A stretch of DNA of 60,497 bases from Myxococcota bacterium (GTDB lineage Bacteria; Myxococcota_A; Bradymonadia; UBA7976; UBA1532). The stretch is taken from positions 1 to 60,497 of the forward strand of contig JAYZEG010000089.1 of assembly GCA_036337435.1 (NCBI GenBank), read 5' to 3'. A program made the translations under genes and the position numbers. This document shows, one piece after another, positions 39,450 to 49,742 of this stretch (positions are counted from its first letter, which is position 1; each line of letters opens with the position of its first letter). The notes beneath the pieces are model-generated. The model saw only the letters and a list, made by a program, of their open reading frames with translations. It was not told the DNA's origin and made no database searches.

Positions 39450-41269
39450 TCGACACAAATCCCGATGGCCGGCAATGCCGCGTTTGTAACGCCCAAGTAC
39501 CAAAAAATAACAGTTTCTGCGGTGAGTGCGGTGCACGCATTACCGCCGATGGCGGCCGAGACCAAGACATTTTGGTGGGGCAAGTGGTTGATCAACGCTA
39601 TCGCGTTGAGCAGTGCATTGCGACTGGTGGCATGGGGGCGGTTTATCGTGCCGAACATGTCGGTCTTGGCAAAGTCGTTGCGATTAAATTTCTTCGTGGA
39701 GATTTGCGCCATCACCCCCATTTGGCCAAACGCTTGCGGCGTGAAGCAATGGCTGTGTCGAAGCTCACCGACCAGCATACGATCAGCGTGTTCGATTTTG
39801 GCGTTTGGCGCGGACTGGCTTTTCTCGTCATGGAATATCTCGAGGGGAATGACCTGGCTAGTGTCTTGGCCAAACGGCCTCGATTACCCGAATCGACTGT
39901 TGTCATGATCGCGCGGCAAATCTGTCAGAGCCTTGCCGAGGCTCATCAAGCAGGGGTAGTGCATCGAGACCTGAAGCCAGAGAATATTTTTTTGGTAAAG
40001 ACAAAAACGGGTGCAGAGGTCGTTAAGGTGCTCGACTTCGGGCTTGCTAAACTGGTGGATATCGATGGCACGGATGGGCGCTTTCATACGCAAGATGGAG
40101 CCATCTTAGGGACGCCCTACTACATGGCACCCGAGCAATCTAAAGGGGGGACAGTTGATGCACGCACTGACCTTTATGCCCTCGGCGCTGTCATGTTCCG
40201 AATGCTCTCGGGGGTCTTGCCTTACACGGGACGTTCACCAGCTGATATTTTCCGCAAACAACAGGACGGTGAACTTCCTCGATTCGCTGATTTAGATCCG
40301 GCTTTCATTTGCTCGCCTGAGCTGGAAATCCTTGTACGCCAGCTCATGGCGAACGAACCCAAAGACAGGCCAGCTTCGGCACTGGACATCTGTCACCAAC
40401 TTACGGGTTTTAACGACCCATTACTGCCTTCGTCTGATTCATCAATCGGGTCGACTACAGAGCAGAACCTCGTGCAAAGCAGTCCTGCTGATGGGAACTC
40501 TGATACCGAGGCGTCTTTGTTCGAACTCGGAGAGCCGGCGAGGGCTGATTCTGGTCCCAATTGGGCTGCATCCGAAACTGGTTCTGAACCATCCAACGAT
40601 GCTTGGTCGCTCGGGGCATGGGACGTGATGAAGAAGAATGATTCACGAGCCATCGAGACCGACTTTTTTGCACCCATCGACAGCGACAGTTTCTCATCCG
40701 ATGATGATTTTTTATTCGGTGAAGAAAGCGACGCGTACGAGACTAAATTACGGCGGCGTCGGTTCCTGAAAGTAGTCTTTCTTTTTTCGGTTTTTTGCGT
40801 ACTCGTCGCTGCCGGCACTTGGTATCGAACCGAGCTTGGTACTCGACCGTTGACCTATGAGCAAGAGCCAAATGATTCGTCCGCAACGGCCACACGAATC
40901 GCTTTGTCAACAGCCATAAAGGGGGTGCTTGGGTTTCGAGCGGATCGGACCAAGAGTGATCAGGATCTGTACCGTCTTGATGGCCCATTCGAGAATGCAA
41001 TTTTTGAAGTGCAACTCAGCGGAATACCGAATATGGACGTTGTGGTAGACGTAATCAGCTTTGACGGGACACCACTTAAGAGCATCAACCGCAATGGCAT
41101 TGGCGGAATGGAGACAGATACAGTCCGCGTAGATAAGGCTCGCGGCGTGCAGTTTCGTGTGCGCGAATTATGGACCCAAAGTGAGGCTCCTAAGGAGAAT
41201 ACGACGGACGAATACTCACTTCTTGTCACCCGGGTACTGAACACTCGACCATCGTCTCGGAGAGAATAA
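39446..41269 (+). CDS. Membrane Ser/Thr protein kinase with N-terminal zinc ribbon and C-terminal PPC-like domain
   Basis: GGMGAVY, VAIK, HRDLKPEN, DFG and GTPYYMAPE; a TM after RRRR; YEQEPND...DQDLY extracytoplasmic module. Confidence 0.93.
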   Translation: MIDTNPDGRQCRVCNAQVPKNNSFCGECGARITADGGRDQDILVGQVVDQRYRVEQCIATGGMGAVYRAEHVGLGKVVAIKFLRGDLRHHPHLAKRLRREAMAVSKLTDQHTISVFDFGVWRGLAFLVMEYLEGNDLASVLAKRPRLPESTVVMIARQICQSLAEAHQAGVVHRDLKPENIFLVKTKTGAEVVKVLDFGLAKLVDIDGTDGRFHTQDGAILGTPYYMAPEQSKGGTVDARTDLYALGAVMFRMLSGVLPYTGRSPADIFRKQQDGELPRFADLDPAFICSPELEILVRQLMANEPKDRPASALDICHQLTGFNDPLLPSSDSSIGSTTEQNLVQSSPADGNSDTEASLFELGEPARADSGPNWAASETGSEPSNDAWSLGAWDVMKKNDSRAIETDFFAPIDSDSFSSDDDFLFGEESDAYETKLRRRRFLKVVFLFSVFCVLVAAGTWYRTELGTRPLTYEQEPNDSSATATRIALSTAIKGVLGFRADRTKSDQDLYRLDGPFENAIFEVQLSGIPNMDVVVDVISFDGTPLKSINRNGIGGMETDTVRVDKARGVQFRVRELWTQSEAPKENTTDEYSLLVTRVLNTRPSSRRE

Positions 41270-41275
41270 CACGCC

Positions 41276-42346
41276 ATGATTCGGATCTGGATCCATGGCG
41301 CATCGGTTGGCGACATGCGCTCTATCGAGCCGCTGTTCGCGCAAATTATCGAGACTGAGCCTGCCTGGAAGCCAATGGTGACCGCTTGGACAGACGGTGG
41401 ACGACGCTTAGGACGAACACTGTATGGACAGGCGTTTATCGGTCGGCCACCGTTGCCGATTCGGTCTGCTGTCAAACGCTTCATCAAGAAATATCAAATT
41501 GAATTGGTGATTCTTGAGTACCTGGAGTTGTATCCAGCCTGGGTTGACGTTTGTCATGACCTCGGGATTCCCATTGCTATCCTGAATGGACGGGTTTCAC
41601 AAAAATCCCTTCGAATAAGGCGCCTACTGAGTCGTTGTGCGCGAAAGGTATCCCTTTTTTGCGCTCGCACAACGGAAGATGCGAATGCCGCCATACAGTT
41701 GGGGGTGTGTGAATCCGTGGTCCATGTCACGGGAAACGGAAAGTACGATGGTTTAGCTGTGTTGCCTCAATTAAATAAACGTTTGTTGAGCGCTCAGTAC
41801 GGCAGCCCTAACGTTGTGATAGGCAGCCTACATCCGGACGAGGAGTCTGCCGCTGTCGATGCACTGGCAAGAACTGATCTCAGAGCAATTGTTGCACCTC
41901 GCTATGTCTCACAGACAAAGCGCCTGAAACGGCGCCTGCAACGTCTGGGACTCATTGCGTCGCGTGAGAGTCGAAATGAACAACCAGCGCGTGTTCATCT
42001 ATTGGATACATATGGGCAACTCGCAGCGGTTTACGGGACTTCGAACCGAACCATTGTCGGCGGTACTTTCGGTCGCCGAGGGGGGCAAAATTTATTCGAG
42101 GCAGCGTTGCACAACAACATTGTGATCCATGGTCCTTCAACGTCGAACGTTCAGGCGGAAGTCGATCTGTTTCGCTCGCATGGAGCCTATTTGGCCGAGG
42201 ATTGGACGATGGCTTTTTCACTGGTACAGGCCGAGCTGCCCCCATCAAATCTCAGACAGGTTGCGCTCTCACTACGGGGGGCTACGATGATAAACATAGA
42301 CTTAGTGCGGCAGCTCACTCATCGTTTCTCCACGCCGAATGCTTGA
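41276..42346 (+). CDS. waaA: Kdo transferase-like glycosyltransferase (divergent WaaA)
   Basis: IWIHGASVGD, LNGRVS, TGNGKYD, IGSLH, APRY, LDTYGQL and VGGTF..GGQNLFEA. Confidence 0.82.
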   Translation: MIRIWIHGASVGDMRSIEPLFAQIIETEPAWKPMVTAWTDGGRRLGRTLYGQAFIGRPPLPIRSAVKRFIKKYQIELVILEYLELYPAWVDVCHDLGIPIAILNGRVSQKSLRIRRLLSRCARKVSLFCARTTEDANAAIQLGVCESVVHVTGNGKYDGLAVLPQLNKRLLSAQYGSPNVVIGSLHPDEESAAVDALARTDLRAIVAPRYVSQTKRLKRRLQRLGLIASRESRNEQPARVHLLDTYGQLAAVYGTSNRTIVGGTFGRRGGQNLFEAALHNNIVIHGPSTSNVQAEVDLFRSHGAYLAEDWTMAFSLVQAELPPSNLRQVALSLRGATMINIDLVRQLTHRFSTPNA

Positions 42347-42564
42347 TTCAGTTACCGCGTCATCGATTCACTCTAAATGCCCCCGTTAGGTCAGTCGTCA
42401 TGACATTGAGCCCCAGATTCATTGCCCCGGACGTCGATGTCATTATAGAGCATATCGAAGGACAGTCTGCGCTCGGCGATGGCAGCGTCGAGTATCGAGC
42501 AGAGATGCCCGAAGGGGCACCGGACGCGGTTACATATTTAACACACAGTTGGCTTATGAGATGA
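42343..42564 (+). CDS. Possible small hypothetical protein (73 aa)
   Basis: TTG start overlaps the waaA TGA stop and the ORF fills the gap before the lptF-like gene. No motif recognised. Confidence 0.3.
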   Translation: MIQLPRHRFTLNAPVRSVVMTLSPRFIAPDVDVIIEHIEGQSALGDGSVEYRAEMPEGAPDAVTYLTHSWLMR

Positions 42565-42624
42565 ATAAGGCACTATGGACGTTTGAATATGTCCTAAAGC
42601 ATGAACTAAATTTACGGTGTTGTT

Positions 42625-43641
42625 TTGAATACAAAACATAATTTTCGTTTACTTAGGTTGCTTTTGACAACGACCGCACTCGTTTGGAGCGCGCTGACCG
42701 TGGTCTTGGTGTCTGGGCAATGCGTCCAGATGAAATCCGTCTTGATTCACTTGGATCCGGAACGCTGGTTCTCCCTGCTCTCCATGGGGCTCGTCGTGAT
42801 GCTGGAAGCCTCGGTGCCGCTGGCTTTGCTGTTGGCATGCGCCTGGGTCTTTTCGCGGTTGAGGGAGCAGAACGTTAGCGTGGTTCTAGCCAGTTCGAAT
42901 CTCGATCCGAGGCGCATACTTGCCATGCCATTACTCCTCGGATTTTGTAGTTCAATTTTACTGGTTCCCATCGTGACTGAGACGGCACCGAGACTGATTT
43001 CCCAGATTGCCGACCTGACAAAAGAGAGAGCCATTCTAGCGGCTTTGTTATCGCCCCAAAATGACGGCTCTATGCAGCGCACAAGTCGCAGATTAAAGAC
43101 AGAGTCTGGAACCGTCGATTGGTTTGTTGGGCACACACCAGGCGAGGAACGCGCACGTGTCGGGCGAGTCGAATCACTGTCCAGTTTGTGGAACGACTCA
43201 GGACCGTCTGTGACTTTTGGACGCGCCGAATATTGGGGGAATGACGTCATCGTGAACGTTAAAGAGGGCGTTATCAGACTCGACCAGACTGCCTTCGCAG
43301 AGCATACAAAAGTACTGACCGGACCCAATTCGATTATTTCAACAGAGCTGAGCTTAAGTGACGTACACCACCACTTTGTCTACCACCGCCGGTTCGCGAT
43401 GCTCGGTACGATACCTGCTTGGATGATTCTCGGCTCTCTTTTCGGTCTCACTTTGAGTCGATTGGTGGCCCTATCGTGCGCGACGGGCTTGATCGGGCTT
43501 TCTTATTGGATATTGAGAACGGGTGAACTGGCGTGTCGGGCGGGTCATTTTTCGCCCATACTGGCAGCATGGCTACCGACGGTCCTCACGGGTCTATTGG
43601 CGTTGGTTTTGGTTCTTCGTCGCGAGCGCTTTGCTCTCTAA
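42625..43641 (+). CDS. LptF/LptG-family permease
   Basis: 3 TM + periplasmic beta region + 3 TM topology. SVPLALLLA...FSRLREQN, HRRFA and SPILAAWLP motifs. Confidence 0.75.
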   Translation: MNTKHNFRLLRLLLTTTALVWSALTVVLVSGQCVQMKSVLIHLDPERWFSLLSMGLVVMLEASVPLALLLACAWVFSRLREQNVSVVLASSNLDPRRILAMPLLLGFCSSILLVPIVTETAPRLISQIADLTKERAILAALLSPQNDGSMQRTSRRLKTESGTVDWFVGHTPGEERARVGRVESLSSLWNDSGPSVTFGRAEYWGNDVIVNVKEGVIRLDQTAFAEHTKVLTGPNSIISTELSLSDVHHHFVYHRRFAMLGTIPAWMILGSLFGLTLSRLVALSCATGLIGLSYWILRTGELACRAGHFSPILAAWLPTVLTGLLALVLVLRRERFAL

Positions 43642-46600
43642 TTTTGACGAGCAAGAGGTCGCGTCGGGCGAGCGTTCTCGGCTGCTCTTCAGACGAAAGG
43701 GCGAGTGCGCGCTCGGTAGACTCCAGGGCGTCGTGATATCGGTTGAGCCTGTATTGGATTTCGGCAAGTGTGTCCCAAGCATGTGATGCTGTTGGTACCA
43801 GTGAAATGGATTGTTTCACCATACTGAGTGCATCGCTGAGTCGGTCTGGAGAATGTCTCAAGACCCATGCGTAGTCGTTGAGCACTTCAGCATGGTTTGG
43901 CTCGATCAGCAACACCTGCCGGAATGCATTTTCGGCCATTTTACTTTGGCCTGTCCGCATGGCAAATCGGCCAACAAAAAATTGGATTTCGGTATCGTTG
44001 ACTTGATGCCTCGAGAGTTTCGTCGCAATGGCGAGGGCCTTTTCAATATCGCCGACAGCCTCATAGGCCTCGATCAACTGCATTGTAATGCCGGTGTGGT
44101 TGGGAAATCGGCGATGACCTTCTGCAAGAACCTCAGTGACCTCTCGCAGACGCCCCTGGTCCTTCAGTAAAAGGGCGAGGGCGACGTGCAAACGAGGTAC
44201 CCCACGGTCCTTCTGTAATACTTTACGTAGAAAAAATTCAGCGTCCTTAAAGCCACCAACCTGGACATGGGCTGCAGCGAGCAAGGCCCAAACCATTGTG
44301 TTCTCAGTGCCTTGGGCATTGGCGCTTTGTAAGACCTGTAATGCTGCCCTGTATCGACCCTTAGAAATCAGGAGGCGCCCAAGATGAATCTGTGTTCGAG
44401 TGTCCGATGGTTGCTCCGCAGCGACTTTTCTTAGAAAAGAAATCGGGTCGAAATTTGGACCAGGAACCATCGACAGTTCGAGTGCTAGCTTTTCTCGAAT
44501 TGTGTCGAGAGCCCTCTTGAGTTGGTGTGCCTCGTTCGCGTCAGTGGCTTCTTTGTTCAACGTCAACGAGATGCTGATACGGGTTTTTTTGCCCTGGCGA
44601 CTTTCCGAGACATTGAGGCTGAGAATGTCATCATGACTCAGCTTGAGTGGAGTCCAATCGAAGCGATAGCCCTTCGGTGGAATGAGGTCGACGTGCCGGA
44701 CGACTCGCCTTGGCTGGTCTATTGGAATCGAGCCACTCTGGCCCGAAAGCATTCCGCCCATCAAATTGTCCAAACTAGGCGAGAACACTAAAGCACCATT
44801 GAGGCGAACTGCCGTGAGATTTTTGTCGGCCAAACTCGCCTTAATGGTGACTGGCTCTCCTGGCGAATCGAGGTTCATCACCGACACTTTTTTAGGGACG
44901 AAGGTCCGTCCTAATAAGAAACCAGGTGACGAGAGAATCGCTGCTTGAGAGGCTTGGTCGGTTTCGAGCAACTCCTGCCGCAGCTTGCCCGCTACATCGC
45001 CGTTCAGCTTGACCAGGCTCCTGAGCATGCCACCGCCGGTCTCGTTGAGTTGATACACTTGCGTCTCGATGGCGGTGTTCTGGTCAGGACTCGCTATCGG
45101 GACGCGAAGCATTTGTCCGCCTTTCCCATCGACAATGAATGCCAATTGGCCACGGAGCACATTGGGGATAGCGGTAATGGTGCCAAGACCAGCGGTGGCG
45201 TCAAGCCAGAAGTCTCCCTGACGATGAGGTACGTAGAGGAGAACATGGCTGAATTGGCCAGGGGCAGGATGTTCAGGAATAAACACGCCCTGGTCGACGG
45301 GTCTGATCAAGGCTGGATATGATTTAATCCCCAGTTGCTTCAGCAGAGCAACCATGAGTGCCGTCATGTCTTTACAATCGCCCTGACCTTGAGCCAGCGT
45401 ACTTTCCGCTGGGCGGGGCCTATACGCACCGATTCCAAACTCCACGCCTAGATACTTGGTGTTCTGTTCTACGAAGCGATAGACGGCAGCAATCCGGTCG
45501 ACACGGCCACTCAAGCGGCGTCCAATTTCTTTTGCCTTTATGCTCACGGACGATGTGATTCGAGATTGGGGTTCAAAAAGCCCATTGTACCATCGGTCGA
45601 CGTCTGCCCAATTTTGAAGGCTCGACATAAAAACAGCTGGTACATTGGATTCTTGCGCATCGCTCACTTTGTAACCGGGAAGATCGTACCGCTCCCACCT
45701 TCGTTCTGTGCGAGACCCAAACTGACGCACCAGCGGTTTGTCCAGTCCGGGTGCAAAGATGTGACTCAGCGTAGCCGTCGGTTCGTTCAGTACATATCTA
45801 ATCCGAACGGTTGGATCGCCGTTTCCGAGAATGTAACTATCCCACCATGTTTGGCCCAGATCTGGTTGGGGTCGATAGGTTTCGATATCGTAGTCCAGAA
45901 TTGCCCCAGGCTCGGCTTGGGGAAAGTCGATAACCAATTGGCGCGCATCACCAAACAGAGGCGTGTTCGCGTGTGGGTTCTCGTAGCGGATGTTTGTTTT
46001 CGGGACATCGAGAACCTCCCCATCCGGTGTCAACGTCCTGGCAAATCGAATCTTGGGTTTGGCTTGAGAGTGAAAAGCGATGGAGACCCGTTTATAGCGT
46101 TTCGTTCCGACCTCGGTATGAATCATGACGCTTCTGATATGCTTGACGACTTCAATGCCTCGTTTTGATGTCGTCACATATCTCTCATCTCGAAGAACAG
46201 TACCGCCGCGTTCATGCTGCCCTGACGGCATCCGAGCAATGAGTTCTGCAAGCCCTTTGTGTCCTTTGGCCACCCGCGTTCGGATTTGCTCCATTTCGTC
46301 GCTGGTCTCATTTCTTCCAATGAGTCGCCGTAGGCCGGCCAATGCGTCGGCATCGCTTGCGTTTCGAGCAAGCTGCTGTTTATACAGATTCGAGGCTTTT
46401 ACACTCTTTCCAGCATCCTCAAGGAAACGCGCATATGTGAGTCGAGCGGGTCGATTCATCGGCTTTAAGCGGAGCGCAATTTGAAAGTGCTTCTCAGCGT
46501 CTTGTACTTGTCCGAGACCTCCGAGAGCGGCACCAAGCAAGGCATGGAATTGAGCGTTTTTGGGACTATTGATTGTACCCTGCTTGAGAACTCGCACTGC

Positions 46601-48238
46601 GTCCTTGGCGCGGGACAGTTTGATGTACAATTCAGCCAGCACTTGTCTGAGTTCATTGTCTCCGGGGTGTCTGGTCACCAACTGCTCGACAAGTTTGACG
46701 GCTTTGCCGTGAGCACCCATGGCACGATAGGCGGCCGAAAGGTTCCTCAGCGAACTGTCATCACCCCGTTTCGCTTTGATCAGCTGTTCCCAGCGCCTGA
46801 TTGCGTCCAAGTACGCCCCCGACATAAACTCTAGGCGTGCCAACTGATTTGCATACTCAGCCTCCCTCGGGGCCAAGTCGAGTGCAGCACCGTATGCTTT
46901 TTTGGCGAGTGAAGAATAGCCTTGGGCTTCAAATGTCTTGGCCAGGCTTGCATGAAGGGAAGCGGCTTTTGGCAGGACGCTCAAGCCGCGCCTCAGTATG
47001 GCCTCGGCTCTGCCCAGCTTCCGTCGACTCACGAACCAGTCTGCATAGGAAATCCATGCCCGGGGCGCGCGCGGATGGTGTGCGATTGCGCCTGTAAATT
47101 CGACTTCCGCCTGGCCGTCTCGTCCCTTCATGGCGAGCGCTTCAGCGATTCGAATACGACGTGACAAGGCCAACAAGCTTGAATCGTAGACGAGGGGGCG
47201 CAATGACAAAGCATCACTGTAATGTCCCAGTAGGATTAATGCTCTCATTCTCAATTCAAGTGCCGGTATTGATGATTTTTCTTCTTTGAGGATCTGAGTG
47301 ACCATGCCCAGAGCTCTCTCGGGCGAACCGGCATTAAGATGAGCCTCACCCAATGCTTGCAAGAACTGGGCTTTTCTTGGGTGTTTATCAACGAGCACAG
47401 TATATTGAGCAATGGCGGACTTCCATCGCTTGAGAATGGAAAGTTGTTTGGCGAGTCGAGCGCGCGTGGCCGTATTGTCCGGATTCCAAGACACGGCTGT
47501 TTGCAGTGCGAGGGCAGCTTTCTCTGGCTCCTGTGCGAGATTGTGGAGCTTTGCCTCGTAAAGGATTACGGCGGGGTCATCAGGTTCGAGGCTCTTCAAC
47601 TTATCAATGGCGGTACGAGCCCTTTCGATGTCTCCGGTCCGTAAAAAGAACTCGATCTGGGCGCAGCGGACCGAGTATGGCCGTTTTGGTTCCGCAACAA
47701 CGAGCCGCTTTAGCGCTACCTTCGCTCGATCTTTCTCGTTGAGTTTCAGCTGCAACCGAATTTCAGCCGTGGCCATCTCGACTTGGCTGTATCGGCCCGC
47801 GCGAGCAAGTTGAAGTAGTTCAAGAGCATCCTCGGTTCGCCCTTGCTCTTCGACTGCTAATGCTTCTCCGAAGTAGCACCAATATCGCTGCTGTACGTGG
47901 TCTCGACATTCCTGGAAGAAAAGCTCTGCAGCATTTGGATCCGTGACGAGGATAACATGCCCCTGATTGGACCAATGGTGAACATTTTCGAGATCCTTTT
48001 TTCTCCGTTTATCTTGGTCTGACAGAAGTTGGTCTAAGCGACCGGCCCGCATCATGGCAAATCGCAGACGACGGTTTGCATCACGGTCATTCGGTGCTAA
48101 ATGGCTTTGTTTTTTTAGTCTGGTTATCCTGTCGAACAGTCCGTCGTGGGATTCTTGCGCGCCGGCTATGCTGATGATGACTCCACAGAGGAATCCAATC
48201 GTCAGAAGAAAATATCGGATTTTCGACAAGCTGCCCAT
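43586..48238 (-). CDS. Exported TPR - DUF3857 - transglutaminase-like - TPR protein
   Basis: Signal peptide and long TPR arrays on both sides. FARTLTPDG and FPQAEPGAILDY (DUF3857-like); GDCKD, FSHV and WLDAT triad. Start inferred at ATG 48238. Confidence 0.85.
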   Translation of the reverse strand: MGSLSKIRYFLLTIGFLCGVIISIAGAQESHDGLFDRITRLKKQSHLAPNDRDANRRLRFAMMRAGRLDQLLSDQDKRRKKDLENVHHWSNQGHVILVTDPNAAELFFQECRDHVQQRYWCYFGEALAVEEQGRTEDALELLQLARAGRYSQVEMATAEIRLQLKLNEKDRAKVALKRLVVAEPKRPYSVRCAQIEFFLRTGDIERARTAIDKLKSLEPDDPAVILYEAKLHNLAQEPEKAALALQTAVSWNPDNTATRARLAKQLSILKRWKSAIAQYTVLVDKHPRKAQFLQALGEAHLNAGSPERALGMVTQILKEEKSSIPALELRMRALILLGHYSDALSLRPLVYDSSLLALSRRIRIAEALAMKGRDGQAEVEFTGAIAHHPRAPRAWISYADWFVSRRKLGRAEAILRRGLSVLPKAASLHASLAKTFEAQGYSSLAKKAYGAALDLAPREAEYANQLARLEFMSGAYLDAIRRWEQLIKAKRGDDSSLRNLSAAYRAMGAHGKAVKLVEQLVTRHPGDNELRQVLAELYIKLSRAKDAVRVLKQGTINSPKNAQFHALLGAALGGLGQVQDAEKHFQIALRLKPMNRPARLTYARFLEDAGKSVKASNLYKQQLARNASDADALAGLRRLIGRNETSDEMEQIRTRVAKGHKGLAELIARMPSGQHERGGTVLRDERYVTTSKRGIEVVKHIRSVMIHTEVGTKRYKRVSIAFHSQAKPKIRFARTLTPDGEVLDVPKTNIRYENPHANTPLFGDARQLVIDFPQAEPGAILDYDIETYRPQPDLGQTWWDSYILGNGDPTVRIRYVLNEPTATLSHIFAPGLDKPLVRQFGSRTERRWERYDLPGYKVSDAQESNVPAVFMSSLQNWADVDRWYNGLFEPQSRITSSVSIKAKEIGRRLSGRVDRIAAVYRFVEQNTKYLGVEFGIGAYRPRPAESTLAQGQGDCKDMTALMVALLKQLGIKSYPALIRPVDQGVFIPEHPAPGQFSHVLLYVPHRQGDFWLDATAGLGTITAIPNVLRGQLAFIVDGKGGQMLRVPIASPDQNTAIETQVYQLNETGGGMLRSLVKLNGDVAGKLRQELLETDQASQAAILSSPGFLLGRTFVPKKVSVMNLDSPGEPVTIKASLADKNLTAVRLNGALVFSPSLDNLMGGMLSGQSGSIPIDQPRRVVRHVDLIPPKGYRFDWTPLKLSHDDILSLNVSESRQGKKTRISISLTLNKEATDANEAHQLKRALDTIREKLALELSMVPGPNFDPISFLRKVAAEQPSDTRTQIHLGRLLISKGRYRAALQVLQSANAQGTENTMVWALLAAAHVQVGGFKDAEFFLRKVLQKDRGVPRLHVALALLLKDQGRLREVTEVLAEGHRRFPNHTGITMQLIEAYEAVGDIEKALAIATKLSRHQVNDTEIQFFVGRFAMRTGQSKMAENAFRQVLLIEPNHAEVLNDYAWVLRHSPDRLSDALSMVKQSISLVPTASHAWDTLAEIQYRLNRYHDALESTERALALSSEEQPRTLARRDLLLVKIREQSARDEEPKPTPIDP

Positions 48239-48361
48239 ATACAGATGATGCCCGGAAAACAGGGTGAGTCGCAAAAATCTAGCGATCTCTGCTGGTCTGA
48301 TTCCGTTGTTTTTTTGAGCACATGAGAAATCGATGCAGCGCAAGTGTCGTTTATGATGGGT

Positions 48362-49690
48362 TTATTTGGTCTCTTGTGACTGTATCTTTCGCCGCCTACT
48401 CGCGGACGCGAGAGTCAGAACGCAGAGGGTCATTATCCAGTGAGAGGGGCTGCTCTTGTGAACGGTATCCGGGCTGTAAACCGAGCATCCTCCATCCGTC
48501 TTTCGTGTGGTTTCGGCGTTTCGAACAGGTTGTCCAGCGTCTTCGTCCTGGGCGTCCGGCAGTCTGACGCCGGCATCTGTCGAATCGCTTTCGCAGGTCA
48601 TCGGATAATCATCACAATTTTCAGAACATGATGATTGCGTCTGACTGCCCAGTGGGCATCGAGTGGACATCTTGACATTGGCGAGTGACAAATTAATCTC
48701 ATCCTGCCAAGTCATACCCTGATCTGTCGATGACACCAGAAGCCGAGTTGGATGGCGATTCACGCAGGCCCACAATTTGCCCATTCGCCCCTTGGTTAGG
48801 CAACCGAGCCAGCCTTCGGTGAGTGGAGATTCGATGGGGGCCCAGGTTATGCCGCCATCCGTTGAGCTCTTCAGCCCGCCAACAGGCATCGCCAGGATCA
48901 GGTGTTCAGAGTCCATGACCGCAATACTTTCAGGAATATCATCGAGTACACTTAATTCCCGCCAGCTCGCTCCGGCGTCCGTCGTCTGAACCAGAGTGGA
49001 TGTTGGAAAACCAGATATCACAGCGTAAACAATATTGGGATTCTCGGGATGAATTTTGAGCAGGTCAAAGTCAACGCCTGTTGCGTTACTTTCTGGTGGT
49101 CCCATTGGAAAACCGTCAAAAGAGTATCCTCCATCAACGCTGCGATAACCCCCGCCCGCGTGCACCAAATAGATGTAAGCGGGATTACTCTGACTACGCA
49201 GTAGACGTCGGACTCGTCCTTCGATAATCAGATTTAGCGAACGCCAGCTTGCGCCGCCATCAAGTGAATGAAAGACTTCGTTGGGTACGCCGAGGGTTTG
49301 GGTGCTCACTAAAACATCCGACGGATTCTCTCGCGAAGCCTCAATTTGCCCGATATTATGCTCGCTAAAGGGCGGGCCATAAGGTTGAAAATTACACCCG
49401 GAATCGCCGCTACTGTAGAGACCTGCACCATCGCCTACCAGCATCTTTCGACCGTCGCGTGATACCAATGTAACCGCATTAAGACCACCGACAGGTGTCA
49501 TCGCTTCATCACACAACCATTTGAATTCGTTACCGTCCCAGTTGAACAGACCAAAGTTCTGAATCACCACTTCGGGTCGTTCGTCGAGCTGCGGGTTAAA
49601 TCCAATGCGCAGAACTTTCTTCGGACCGATATGGGCGTTTGCGACGCCGTTCAGACAAAGGAGTAAAATAACCCCATAACTCTTTCGCAT
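48362..49690 (-). CDS. BNR/Asp-box beta-propeller protein with MYXO-CTERM-like sorting tail
   Basis: Signal peptide ending ANA, repeated SxDGGxxW (SLDGGASW, STDGGITW, STDQGMTW) and a C-terminal GGCS...hydrophobic...RRRK. Confidence 0.8.
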   Translation of the reverse strand: MRKSYGVILLLCLNGVANAHIGPKKVLRIGFNPQLDERPEVVIQNFGLFNWDGNEFKWLCDEAMTPVGGLNAVTLVSRDGRKMLVGDGAGLYSSGDSGCNFQPYGPPFSEHNIGQIEASRENPSDVLVSTQTLGVPNEVFHSLDGGASWRSLNLIIEGRVRRLLRSQSNPAYIYLVHAGGGYRSVDGGYSFDGFPMGPPESNATGVDFDLLKIHPENPNIVYAVISGFPTSTLVQTTDAGASWRELSVLDDIPESIAVMDSEHLILAMPVGGLKSSTDGGITWAPIESPLTEGWLGCLTKGRMGKLWACVNRHPTRLLVSSTDQGMTWQDEINLSLANVKMSTRCPLGSQTQSSCSENCDDYPMTCESDSTDAGVRLPDAQDEDAGQPVRNAETTRKTDGGCSVYSPDTVHKSSPSHWIMTLCVLTLASASRRRKIQSQETK

Positions 49691-49742
49691 TGATTGTTCC
49701 TAGGTCACACTGGCACTAAACTATAGCGCCTCGGAGACATTG

